Shown here piece by piece: positions 10,033 through 17,821 of a DNA stretch of 64,000 nucleotides (positions within the stretch are counted from its first letter, which is position 1; each line of letters starts with the position of its first letter). The notes under the pieces are model-generated. The model worked only from the letters and a program-made list of their open reading frames with translations. It had not been told where the DNA came from and did not search any database. The stretch spans positions 188,046 through 252,045 of the forward strand of contig JBAOGZ010000020.1 in assembly GCA_037046685.1 (NCBI GenBank), read 5' to 3'. Source of the DNA: Chitinophagaceae bacterium (GTDB lineage Bacteria; Bacteroidota; Bacteroidia; Chitinophagales; Chitinophagaceae). Made by a program: the position numbers and the translations under genes.

Positions 10033-10464
10033 CTATTTGTCTGAACGGGTACGTTTGTTTCTGGTATCGCCAACAACGATACTCCGGTTGATATTTGAAT
10101 CTACCACTTTTGTTTCTATTGAATTATTTTTTGCAACAACGGTAGTGTCGTTGGTTGAAATATTTACAATTGCATTACTGGTATCTTTTTTTGCAGGAAA
10201 TATTTTTGCCAGATTATCAAGGGCTGCTGTTTTGCTGCCCGTATCTCTGCCCATTATAATATCTGTTGATACCCAGCCCTCGTCTTTTGCTTCAAGGCTT
10301 TCCAGTTCCAAAAATCGGATGGTAAGTTTTGACGAATCAACTACTTCAATTGAATCTCTGGAAGCAAAGACTTTGCGGGTGTACTCTTTACCTGCGGCAC
10401 AACCGGCTGCCATAGCTACAATCAGCATCAGGATTACCGCCTGTACTAATCTTGTTATTTGCAT
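10033..10464 (-). CDS. Hypothetical lipoprotein
   Basis: The internal ATG at 10464 gives MQITRLVQAVILMLIVAMAAGC, a lipobox signal peptide. The sequence is low-complexity and Ser/Thr/Asn/Asp-rich. Confidence 0.55.
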   Translation of the reverse strand: MQITRLVQAVILMLIVAMAAGCAAGKEYTRKVFASRDSIEVVDSSKLTIRFLELESLEAKDEGWVSTDIIMGRDTGSKTAALDNLAKIFPAKKDTSNAIVNISTNDTTVVAKNNSIETKVVDSNINRSIVVGDTRNKRTRSDK

Positions 10465-10548
10465 GGCTATACGTTTTATCTTTAGTAATACTGTTATCAA
10501 CGGTATATTATTCAATTCATTTGCCACATTCTCTTAAAATTGATTTGT

Positions 10549-11028
10549 ATGAAATACTTTTTCATTCTCTTAACATCATTGTCTATTACTGCTTCTTCAA
10601 TAGCTCAATCAACAGCCGACTCAGTAAAAACAGTTATTATGAAAATGTTTAAAGCCATGAAGCAGAGCGATGGTTTGATGCTGCAAAGTGTATTTGTTGA
10701 GCAGGTTATATTTCAAACAATTGCAAGAGATAATGATGGAAATACGATTGTAAAATCGGAGGATGCCGCTGCATTTATAGAACAAGTGAGTAAAGCAGAA
10801 CCAAACTCGTTGGATGAGCAAATAAGTTTTGACGGGAACAACGAGTGGACAGGCACGGTAAAAGCAGATGGCCCTTTAGCCATTGCCTGGACGCCCTACC
10901 GGTTTTTTTATAAAGGAAAATTCAGTCATTGCGGGGTCAACTCATTTCAACTGGTGAGATTGAAAGGAGAATGGAAAATTCAATATTTAATTGATACCAG
11001 AAGGAAAACAGGCTGTGGGATTGATTAG
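10549..11028 (+). CDS. Secreted NTF2-like (SnoaL/DUF4440-type) protein
   Basis: The ATG at 10549 gives the signal peptide MKYFFILLTSLSITASSIAQ. Size and pattern fit cone-shaped alpha+beta NTF2-fold proteins. Confidence 0.55.
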   Translation: MKYFFILLTSLSITASSIAQSTADSVKTVIMKMFKAMKQSDGLMLQSVFVEQVIFQTIARDNDGNTIVKSEDAAAFIEQVSKAEPNSLDEQISFDGNNEWTGTVKADGPLAIAWTPYRFFYKGKFSHCGVNSFQLVRLKGEWKIQYLIDTRRKTGCGID

Positions 11029-11211
11029 GGTGGGAGGTTGGAATTGGAGCGGGAAGGGGATTGATTGATTGAAGAGTTTATTGGTTGATTAGTTGAATAG
11101 GGTTATATTCATGAAATGTTTTTTAAAGGTTTATATTCTGTTGGCTGTTAAAATGCACTGTTTTGGCTTATCTGCTTTCATTCCCTGTTCAATGCGCAAA
11201 ACGGCCATACC

Positions 11212-11259
11212 TTCATCATTCCTTGTTCAATGTTCATCATTCCTTGTTCCATGTTCATT
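11212..11259. repeat. 21-bp direct tandem repeat, 2.3 copies
   Basis: ttcatcattccttgttcaatg (11212-11232) and ttcatcattccttgttccatg (11233-11253) differ by 1 nt, followed by the partial copy ttcattg. A degenerate copy tttcattccctgttcaatg lies at 11176-11194. Confidence 0.8.
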
Positions 11260-11261
11260 GT

Positions 11262-11293
11262 TTAAAAAGAAAACCCTCCGTAGAAACGGAGGG
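11262..11293 (-). terminator. Rho-independent terminator of the hsp20 gene
   Basis: Hairpin ccctccg-tagaaa-cggaggg (11274-11293). On the minus strand it is followed by a U-rich run (complement of ttaaaaagaaaa). It lies 43 nt downstream of the stop at 11336. Confidence 0.75.
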
Positions 11294-11335
11294 TGTAAAC
11301 CAAAACCAACTGCTTATGAGAAAAATTTGAATTTC

Positions 11336-11782
11336 TTATTTTATAGTTATCGTTGTTGCCGCTTGTTTGACTTCCACTTTCTTAGGAAGGTTTAACGTCA
11401 ACACACCATTGATGTAAGATGCTTCTATTTTCGTTGCATCTGTTTTTTCGTCTATTGTGAAAGATCTCTTAAAAGAACGGAATTTGTATTCATTCCGGAT
11501 TTGCTTGTCTGTTGTTTCTTTTTCCGCTTTGCTTTTTTCTGCCGATATGGTCAACAGATTTTGATCCAGGTTAATTTTAAAATCCGTCTTTTCAAAACCG
11601 GGAGCTACAATATCCAAAATGTAACTGTCCGCTGTTTCTTTGACGTTGACCGGAACAAAACCTTGCATACCTGTTTGGTTAAAATCTTGTTTAAACAAAA
11701 CAGGAAGCTCTGCAAATAAGTTGTCAACCAAATTGTTTAATGTGCCTTCAAAAGGAGTGTTGTTGAATTTAAAGTTTGTCAT
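11336..11782 (-). CDS. Hsp20/alpha-crystallin family small heat-shock protein
   Basis: 148 aa. The alpha-crystallin domain pattern is visible (VNVKETADSYILDIVAPGFEKTDFKINLDQNLLTISAEK ... ASYINGVLTLNLPK). Confidence 0.9.
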   Translation of the reverse strand: MTNFKFNNTPFEGTLNNLVDNLFAELPVLFKQDFNQTGMQGFVPVNVKETADSYILDIVAPGFEKTDFKINLDQNLLTISAEKSKAEKETTDKQIRNEYKFRSFKRSFTIDEKTDATKIEASYINGVLTLNLPKKVEVKQAATTITIK

Positions 11783-11968
11783 ATTCTTATTTTTTTTGTT
11801 TTGATTGTTTTGTAGAAATGATTTTTCAAATCCTGTTCCAATGAGATTTTATATGTCAGATATGTCAGTTTTCAATTTCCTTGTAAGTCAATATTTCCGA
11901 ATAAAGGAAAATCTACTGACAGTTTTGGCTGTAATGCTGAAGAGAATGATTCTGAATCTGCTTTTGGT

Positions 11969-11976
11969 TATTTTTG
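11969..11976 (+). promoter_or_regulatory. -7 promoter box match (TATTTTTG, within TTATTTTTGCAG)
   Basis: TAnnTTTG match 26 nt upstream of the ATG at 12002. The same 12-mer context occurs upstream of rpoD and mdh. Confidence 0.5.
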
Positions 11977-12001
11977 CAGTTCATATTAAAAACAAATTAA
12001 C

Positions 12002-12418
12002 ATGTATCCAGAAGAGATTGTAATACCCATGAAAGAAGAGCTTACCGAAAATGGTTTCAATGAATTGTTGACAACAGAAGAAGTAGAAGCTCAATTGGGA
12101 AAAGGCGGCACTACGCTGGTAATGATCAATTCAGTTTGCGGCTGTTCTGCCGGCACAGCCCGTCCGGGTGTATTGATGGCCGTTGCCAATGCTGTAAAAA
12201 AGCCGAATTATTTAACCACCAGTTTTGCAGGCTTTGACTATGATGCAGTAAAAGCTTTGCGTCAGCACATGATGCCATTTCCTCCATCTTCACCATCCAT
12301 TGCTTTATTTAAAGATGGACAGTTGGTGCATTTTGTAGAAAGACATCAAATAGAAGGTAGAACTGCGCAGATGATAGCTCAAAATCTGATAGGTGCATTT
12401 GATGAGCACTGCAATTAA
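12002..12418 (+). CDS. BrxA/BrxB-family bacilliredoxin (DUF1094/YphP type)
   Basis: 138 aa with the CGC redox motif in NSVCGCSAG and the conserved N-terminus MYPEEIV.PM..EL. Confidence 0.85.
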   Translation: MYPEEIVIPMKEELTENGFNELLTTEEVEAQLGKGGTTLVMINSVCGCSAGTARPGVLMAVANAVKKPNYLTTSFAGFDYDAVKALRQHMMPFPPSSPSIALFKDGQLVHFVERHQIEGRTAQMIAQNLIGAFDEHCN

Positions 12419-12435
12419 TCTTTTTTTTTGAATAC

Positions 12436-12480
12436 GTCCGGAGTCTTTAGATTTTATTGTCTGATGCTCCGGACTTTTGT
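12436..12480 (+). terminator. Putative terminator after the bacilliredoxin gene
   Basis: 8-bp perfect stem gtccggag / ctccggac (12436-12443 and 12467-12474) followed by ttttgt. The 23-nt loop is unusually long. Confidence 0.5.
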
Positions 12481-12534
12481 TATTTAAACTCCCGTGTTTC
12501 CTGCGTATATTCGCTTTTAACCAACTACCGTTTC

Positions 12535-13704
12535 ATGTATCCTAATCTCTTTTACGCCTTTAAAGACCTGTTTGGAGTTGAGTGGCCATTTCTCAGGTAT
12601 GTAAATTCATTTGGATTTTTTGTGGCATTAGCTTTTATAGCTGCAGCTATTGTATTGACTCGTGAACTTAAAAGAAAGTCAAGCCAGAGTTTGTTGCAGT
12701 ACACTGAAATGGAAATAATGGTTGGCAGACCGGCTACGACGATTGAGTTAGGATTAAATTTTCTGCTGGGTTTTTTACTCGGTTACAAAATTCTGGCTCT
12801 TTTTATAATGGACAATGCCGCTACTGAAGATCCTCAGGCATTTATTTTTTCCACCATCGGTAGTTGGCCAGCAGGTATTGGCCTTGGTTTATTATTTGCC
12901 GGCATCAAATGGTGGGAAAAAAACAAACAAAAACTGGCAAAACCTGAAAAAAGAAAAATCAGGATTTGGCCGCACGACAGGGTAGGAGAAATAACCATTA
13001 TCGCCCTCATTTTTGGATTAGTAGGCGCCAAAATTTTTAATGCATTTGAAACCTGGGATAGTTTTATTCAGGATCCCATGGGTAGTTTATTTTCGGCCGA
13101 AGGATTAACTTTTTATGGTGGGCTTATTTGCGCAGCACTTGCTATTTGGTGGTATGCCCGAAAATATAAAATTGGTTTTTGGCATCTCAACGATGCGGCT
13201 GCACCTGCACTGATGTTGGCTTATGGAATAGGCAGAATAGGATGTCAGGTTTCGGGCGATGGCGATTGGGGCATTGTAAATAAATTGAAAAAACCCATTA
13301 GTTGGCTACCCGATTGGATGTGGAGCTATACCTACCCACACAATGTGGCGAGAGAGGGTGTGGAAATAGCAGGCGAAACTGATAAATACCGCTTTGTACT
13401 ACCTGAAGGTGTATTTCCTACACCTTTATACGAAATAGTGGCTTGTATCATTTTGTTTTTTGTGCTTTGGTATTTTAGAAAAAAACTGAAAACACCCGGA
13501 ACTTTATTTGCACTTTACCTGATGCTGAATGGTTTAGAAAGATTTTTTATTGAGAAAATTAGGGTAAACACCCGTTTGGATATTTTTGGATTTAAACCCA
13601 CACAGGCCGAAGTCATTTCTACGTTACTTTTTATTACAGGAGCCGCACTTTGGGTTTATTTAAGAAACCGGAATAAATCAAAGGTCAAGTTGTCTTCAAA
13701 TTAG
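12535..13704 (+). CDS. lgt: Prolipoprotein diacylglyceryl transferase
   Basis: Polytopic membrane ORF. The ATG at 12535 (MYPNLFYAFKDLFG) is preferred over the TTG at 12457. The conserved Lgt signature region GRIGCQVSGDG is present. Confidence 0.85.
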   Translation: MYPNLFYAFKDLFGVEWPFLRYVNSFGFFVALAFIAAAIVLTRELKRKSSQSLLQYTEMEIMVGRPATTIELGLNFLLGFLLGYKILALFIMDNAATEDPQAFIFSTIGSWPAGIGLGLLFAGIKWWEKNKQKLAKPEKRKIRIWPHDRVGEITIIALIFGLVGAKIFNAFETWDSFIQDPMGSLFSAEGLTFYGGLICAALAIWWYARKYKIGFWHLNDAAAPALMLAYGIGRIGCQVSGDGDWGIVNKLKKPISWLPDWMWSYTYPHNVAREGVEIAGETDKYRFVLPEGVFPTPLYEIVACIILFFVLWYFRKKLKTPGTLFALYLMLNGLERFFIEKIRVNTRLDIFGFKPTQAEVISTLLFITGAALWVYLRNRNKSKVKLSSN

Positions 13705-13840
13705 TTTCTGTGTACAACTATTTCAGTTTGTATTAAATTTTACACGTGCAAATATGTGTTTTGCACAACCGAAACCGATTGCGTGGATAAGTTGGAATAA
13801 TATTTTAATTGAAACGCTATGAGAAGCAAAAATTAAAACT

Positions 13841-13848
13841 TATTTTTG
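13841..13848 (+). promoter_or_regulatory. -7 promoter box match (TATTTTTG, within TTATTTTTGCAG)
   Basis: TAnnTTTG match about 100 nt upstream of the rpoD ATG at 13950. Confidence 0.45.
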
Positions 13849-13949
13849 CAGACAGACTTGGACGGTCGCAGTAATTAACTTACCCTTTGCAACTTTCCTT
13901 TAAAAAACCAACTCTTAATTACGTTTTTTAAAAGTAACACTCAAGCACT

Positions 13950-14825
13950 ATGAGGCAGCTAAAAATTGCTACCCAGATTACGAACAGAGACAGCCAGGCG
14001 GTAGAAAAGTACCTTCAGGAGATTTCTAAAATTCCAATGATTACGCCCGAGGAAGAAACCACACTTGCCCAGCGAATCAAAATGTTTAACAGGAATCCGG
14101 TAGATTCTCAAAGGGCACTTGACAAACTGGTTCAGGCTAACCTTCGTTTCGTAGTATCTGTGGCTAAGCAATACCAACATCAGGGTTTATCACTTAGTGA
14201 TTTGATTAACGAGGGCAACCTCGGATTGATTAAAGCGGCACAACGCTTTGATGAAACCAAAGGTTTCAAATTTATTTCTTACGCCGTTTGGTGGATTCGC
14301 CAGTCCATCCTGCAGGCGTTGGCAGAGCAGGGCAGATTAGTCCGCTTGCCTCAAAACAAAATTGGCACTTACAACAAAGCCAACAAGGCTTACATGGCTT
14401 TTGAACAAGAACATGAAAGAGAACCATCTACCGAAGAACTAGCAGAACTGCTGGAGATGAGCGAAACAGAAATCAACAACATCTTTCAAAGTAACACCCG
14501 CCACACTTCGCTGGATGCTCCCGTGCATGAAGCAGAGGATGTAGCCATGGGCGATCTGCTGGAAGGCAGCGATGATACCGATGATGATGTTATGAAAGAT
14601 TCACTTCGCAACGAAATCCGTCGTGTATTAAAATCATTATCACCTCGGGAAGCAGAAATCGTAAATGCTTATTTCGGACTAGATGGCGAACAAGGCACTA
14701 CGATTGAGCAAATCGGACAAAAGTATGATCTTACAAAAGAACGTATTCGTCAGATTAAGGAAAGAGCTATTAAGCGTCTTCAAAAAGCAAGATATAGCAG
14801 CGCTTTAAAAGCCTATTTGGGTTAA
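13950..14825 (+). CDS. rpoD: Primary RNA polymerase sigma factor (Bacteroidota short sigma-A)
   Basis: 291 aa. Regions 1.2-4 are recognisable: region 2 (DLINEGNLGLIKAAQRFD, YAVWWIRQ) and the region 4 HTH (TIEQIGQKYDLTKERIRQIKERAIKRL). Confidence 0.95.
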   Translation: MRQLKIATQITNRDSQAVEKYLQEISKIPMITPEEETTLAQRIKMFNRNPVDSQRALDKLVQANLRFVVSVAKQYQHQGLSLSDLINEGNLGLIKAAQRFDETKGFKFISYAVWWIRQSILQALAEQGRLVRLPQNKIGTYNKANKAYMAFEQEHEREPSTEELAELLEMSETEINNIFQSNTRHTSLDAPVHEAEDVAMGDLLEGSDDTDDDVMKDSLRNEIRRVLKSLSPREAEIVNAYFGLDGEQGTTIEQIGQKYDLTKERIRQIKERAIKRLQKARYSSALKAYLG

Positions 14826-14852
14826 TGTAATTATTGATGGATTAGTAACCAT

Positions 14853-14888
14853 ATCCCGTTCTCAAAAAAGAACGGGATTTTTTTTTCT
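14853..14888 (+). terminator. Rho-independent terminator of rpoD
   Basis: 10-bp stem atcccgttct / agaacgggat with a 6-nt loop, followed by a T-run (14878-14887). Confidence 0.85.
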
Positions 14889-14914
14889 TTATTTCAGGAA
14901 AATCAAATAGCATG

Positions 14915-14922
14915 TAATTTTG
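14915..14922 (+). promoter_or_regulatory. -7 promoter box match (TAATTTTG)
   Basis: TAnnTTTG match 8 nt upstream of the ATG at 14930, which would give a near-leaderless transcript. Confidence 0.35.
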
Positions 14923-14929
14923 TTTTGAT

Positions 14930-15814
14930 ATGATAAAGATTATCGGAATTTTCTTATTTACAGGATTAATGCTTTCCGGCTGCGAAAAAGCTGTTCATTT
15001 TGATTTAGAAAATGCTCCTCCCAAATTGGTTGTAGAAGCTACTATAGAAAACGGGCAACCTCCCATTGTGTATCTATCAAAAAGCATGAATTATTTTTCT
15101 TCTATTGATTTAGGACTGTTAGCTTCAGGGTTTGTACACAACGCTGAAGTATATGTTTCAAACGGAATACAAACGCATAAATTAAAAGAGTATAGCATTC
15201 CAGTTGGGGGCGGTTACAGCTTTTATTACTACTCAAACGATCCTGCAAGCCCGGCAACTGCTTTTAATGGTAGTTTAAATACACAATACAACCTGCGAAT
15301 TGTTTCTGAAGGAAAAGAATACAATGCTTCAACAAAAATCCCCAGCATCACCCGTCGTATAGATTCAATATATTGGAAAAATGCTCCGGCCGGTAATGCG
15401 CCGGAAAAAGTAATGGTGATGCTTAAAGCATTTGATCCACCCGGTTTTGGCGATTATGTAAGATATTTTACAAAACGGAATAATGAGCCGTTTTATCCTG
15501 GCCTCAATTCGGTGTATGATGATCAGGTAATTGATGGAACCGTCTATGAAATTCAGGTAGAAAGAGGCGTAAACAGAAATGAAAGCCATGAAGAAGGCTA
15601 TACTTTTTTTGAAAAAGGAGATACAGTTATACTCAAGCTTTCTAATATTGATAAAGCAACTTATGATTTTTGGCGCACTATGGAATATACTTATGCATCA
15701 GTTGGCAATCCTTTTGCTACTCCTACCAAGGTGATAAATAATATTACTGGTGGTGCATTAGGATATTTCGGGGGTTATGCCTCTCAGTTTAGAACCCTCA
15801 TCATTCCCCGTTAG
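14930..15814 (+). CDS. DUF4249-family lipoprotein
   Basis: 294 aa with a lipobox (LMLSGC), followed by the PKLVVEA... pattern typical of DUF4249. Confidence 0.65.
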   Translation: MIKIIGIFLFTGLMLSGCEKAVHFDLENAPPKLVVEATIENGQPPIVYLSKSMNYFSSIDLGLLASGFVHNAEVYVSNGIQTHKLKEYSIPVGGGYSFYYYSNDPASPATAFNGSLNTQYNLRIVSEGKEYNASTKIPSITRRIDSIYWKNAPAGNAPEKVMVMLKAFDPPGFGDYVRYFTKRNNEPFYPGLNSVYDDQVIDGTVYEIQVERGVNRNESHEEGYTFFEKGDTVILKLSNIDKATYDFWRTMEYTYASVGNPFATPTKVINNITGGALGYFGGYASQFRTLIIPR

Positions 15815-15878
15815 CATTTCTACTATAGCGTATGATTGATATGTAACTGATGTTGCCATACATCAAATGAATATGCAT

Positions 15879-15886
15879 TAAATTTG
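15879..15886 (+). promoter_or_regulatory. -7 promoter box match (TAAATTTG)
   Basis: TAnnTTTG match 33 nt upstream of the trxB ATG at 15919. Confidence 0.4.
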
Positions 15887-15918
15887 ACCCTTAATTGAAA
15901 AATTTTAAAACAGGATTA

Positions 15919-16851
15919 ATGGAAAGAGTAAACTGTCTCATTATTGGCTCAGGCCCGGCGGGATATACTGCTGCAATTTATGCATCAAGAGCAAATCTAA
16001 AACCGATTTTATATCAGGGTATTCAGCCGGGTGGGCAGTTAACCATTACAACAGAAGTAGAAAATTATCCCGGCTATGCCGATGGTGTGCAGGGGCCGGA
16101 GATGATGGTAGATTTTGAAAAGCAGGCCAAAAGAATGGGAGCCGATATTCGCTTTGGATTAGCAACAAAAGTTGATTTTACAGTACAACCATATAAAGTA
16201 CAGATTGATGATGGTGATTGGATAGAGGCTTACAGTGTAATCATTGCAACCGGTGCTTCTGCAAAATGGCTGGGGCTTGAAAGTGAACAACGACTAAACG
16301 GATTTGGCGTAAGTGCCTGTGCGGTTTGTGATGGCTTTTTCTTTCGTGGCAAAGAAGTAGCCATTGTAGGAGCAGGTGATACGGCTGCAGAAGAAGCACT
16401 TTATCTTTCTAAGCTGTGTACAAACGTTCACATGCTAATACGCAGAGATGCAATGCGTGCCAGCAAAGTAATGCAGGAAAGAGTCTTAAACACACCCAAT
16501 ATAAAAGTGTATTGGAATACGGATACTGATGAAATACTGGGAGATAAGACGGTAACAGGCGTAAGAATAAAGAATAACAAGACCGATGAAACGAACACGA
16601 TTCCGGTTAATGGATTTTTTGTTGCTATTGGGCATCAGCCCAATTCCGAGATATTTAAAGGCGTAATTGATATGGACGATGCGGGCTATATTAAGACCGT
16701 TCCAGGCACTTCTAAAACCAACGTAGAGGGCGTTTTCGCAGCGGGCGATGTGCAAGATAAAATTTACCGTCAGGCTGTAACGGCTGCAGGAAGTGGATGT
16801 ATGGCTGCGCTGGATGCAGAGCGTTATCTGGGCGCAAAAGGAATACATTAA
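15919..16851 (+). CDS. trxB: Thioredoxin-disulfide reductase
   Basis: FAD motif GSGPAGYTAA, redox-active CAVC motif (SACAVCDG) and NADPH motif GAGDTAAEEA. The ATG at 15919 is preferred over the TTG at 15895. Confidence 0.95.
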   Translation: MERVNCLIIGSGPAGYTAAIYASRANLKPILYQGIQPGGQLTITTEVENYPGYADGVQGPEMMVDFEKQAKRMGADIRFGLATKVDFTVQPYKVQIDDGDWIEAYSVIIATGASAKWLGLESEQRLNGFGVSACAVCDGFFFRGKEVAIVGAGDTAAEEALYLSKLCTNVHMLIRRDAMRASKVMQERVLNTPNIKVYWNTDTDEILGDKTVTGVRIKNNKTDETNTIPVNGFFVAIGHQPNSEIFKGVIDMDDAGYIKTVPGTSKTNVEGVFAAGDVQDKIYRQAVTAAGSGCMAALDAERYLGAKGIH

Positions 16852-16855
16852 TAAA

Positions 16856-17227
16856 ATGCAAGAATTATTAACGATATCGCTTAACAACCTGCGGTTTCAT
16901 GCTTTTCATGGCCTGTATCATGAAGAGCAAAATGCAGGAAACGATTTTATTATAAACCTAAAAGTTACCTATGAACCGAAGTTGCCGGTAGTTGTTGCGC
17001 TACATGATACATTGGATTATGGCGTGTTGTTTGATATTATAAAAACAGAAATGAAAAAGCCTCGTCATTTATTGGAAACCTTTGTAATGGAAGTGGCTGA
17101 TATTATTTATCAACGGTTTAATGAAACTATTGCAATTGAAATTTCTTTAGAAAAAACAAAGGTACCCCTTACCGGTTTTACAGGAAGCGCAGTAGTGCGA
17201 TTTACCAAAAACTATTCGGATGAGTAA
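16856..17227 (+). CDS. folB: Dihydroneopterin aldolase
   Basis: 123 aa from the ATG at 16856 (MQELLTISLNNLRFHAFHGLYHEEQ), a typical FolB N-terminus. The longer ORF-track version overlaps trxB. Confidence 0.8.
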   Translation: MQELLTISLNNLRFHAFHGLYHEEQNAGNDFIINLKVTYEPKLPVVVALHDTLDYGVLFDIIKTEMKKPRHLLETFVMEVADIIYQRFNETIAIEISLEKTKVPLTGFTGSAVVRFTKNYSDE

Positions 17228-17228
17228 G

Positions 17229-17693
17229 TTATGCTGATGCTTTTACTTCAATTACCGGATTCATAATTATTACCGACTTTACTGAATTTGAAATAAGACA
17301 AGCCGCTTCCGACTTTAATAAAACTTTTTCTGCTTTTTCCCTATCTGCTTCATTAGCAATTTCAATTTTTGGCTCCAGAAATACTTCGGTCATCAAAAAT
17401 TTGCCATCCACTTTATCAAGCTTTCCTTTTGCCTGGCAATGAAAAGATAAAAAATCCAATTTGAAATTTTCGGCAATTGCTAAAAATGTGGTCATCAGGC
17501 AGCTGCTTATTGCTGCTGTATATAGATGCTCCGGTGACCAGATGCCGGCAATGCCCTTTGGAAATTCGGGCGGTGTAGCCACTTCAATACAACCACAATT
17601 GTTATTTGTTTTTAAGTTTAACTCGGGAGAGCACATCATACCTTTTCGATCTTGGCTCCAGGAAATATTTACATTGTAAAAGTGTGGGGTCAT
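17229..17693 (-). CDS. OsmC family protein
   Basis: 154 aa with the two conserved Cys contexts of the OsmC/Ohr fold (AAISSCLMTT and EAACLISNS). Confidence 0.7.
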   Translation of the reverse strand: MTPHFYNVNISWSQDRKGMMCSPELNLKTNNNCGCIEVATPPEFPKGIAGIWSPEHLYTAAISSCLMTTFLAIAENFKLDFLSFHCQAKGKLDKVDGKFLMTEVFLEPKIEIANEADREKAEKVLLKSEAACLISNSVKSVIIMNPVIEVKASA

Positions 17694-17806
17694 ACATTTT
17701 TTTTAGGAGTCAAAACTAAACTCCACACGGTAGTGAAACTATGATACAGGTCAACAGGTATTATGAAATTGCAACAAAAGAATATGGAGACTGGTGTTTG
17801 AATAAT

Positions 17807-17814
17807 TAACTTTG
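17807..17814 (+). promoter_or_regulatory. -7 promoter box match (TAACTTTG)
   Basis: TAnnTTTG match 8 nt upstream of the glnS ATG at 17822. Confidence 0.4.
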
Positions 17815-17821
17815 CACACCT

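Noticed and set aside
10037-10537. A 166-aa plus-strand ORF almost exactly mirrors the minus-strand lipoprotein ORF (10033-10527).
   Set aside because: Its translation is a hydrophobic, low-complexity string with no signal or motif logic. The minus-strand frame has a clean lipobox signal peptide. It is a typical antisense shadow ORF.
11212-11259. The 21-bp direct repeats could be a mini CRISPR array.
   Set aside because: The repeats are directly adjacent with no spacers. There are only ~2.3 copies, and the window has no cas genes.
11093-11395. A 100-aa plus-strand ORF spans the 21-bp repeats and the hsp20 terminator.
   Set aside because: It runs through a terminator hairpin and into the 3' end of hsp20 on the opposite strand. 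Its repetitive SSFLVQC/SSFLVPC translation is just the tandem DNA repeat read in frame.
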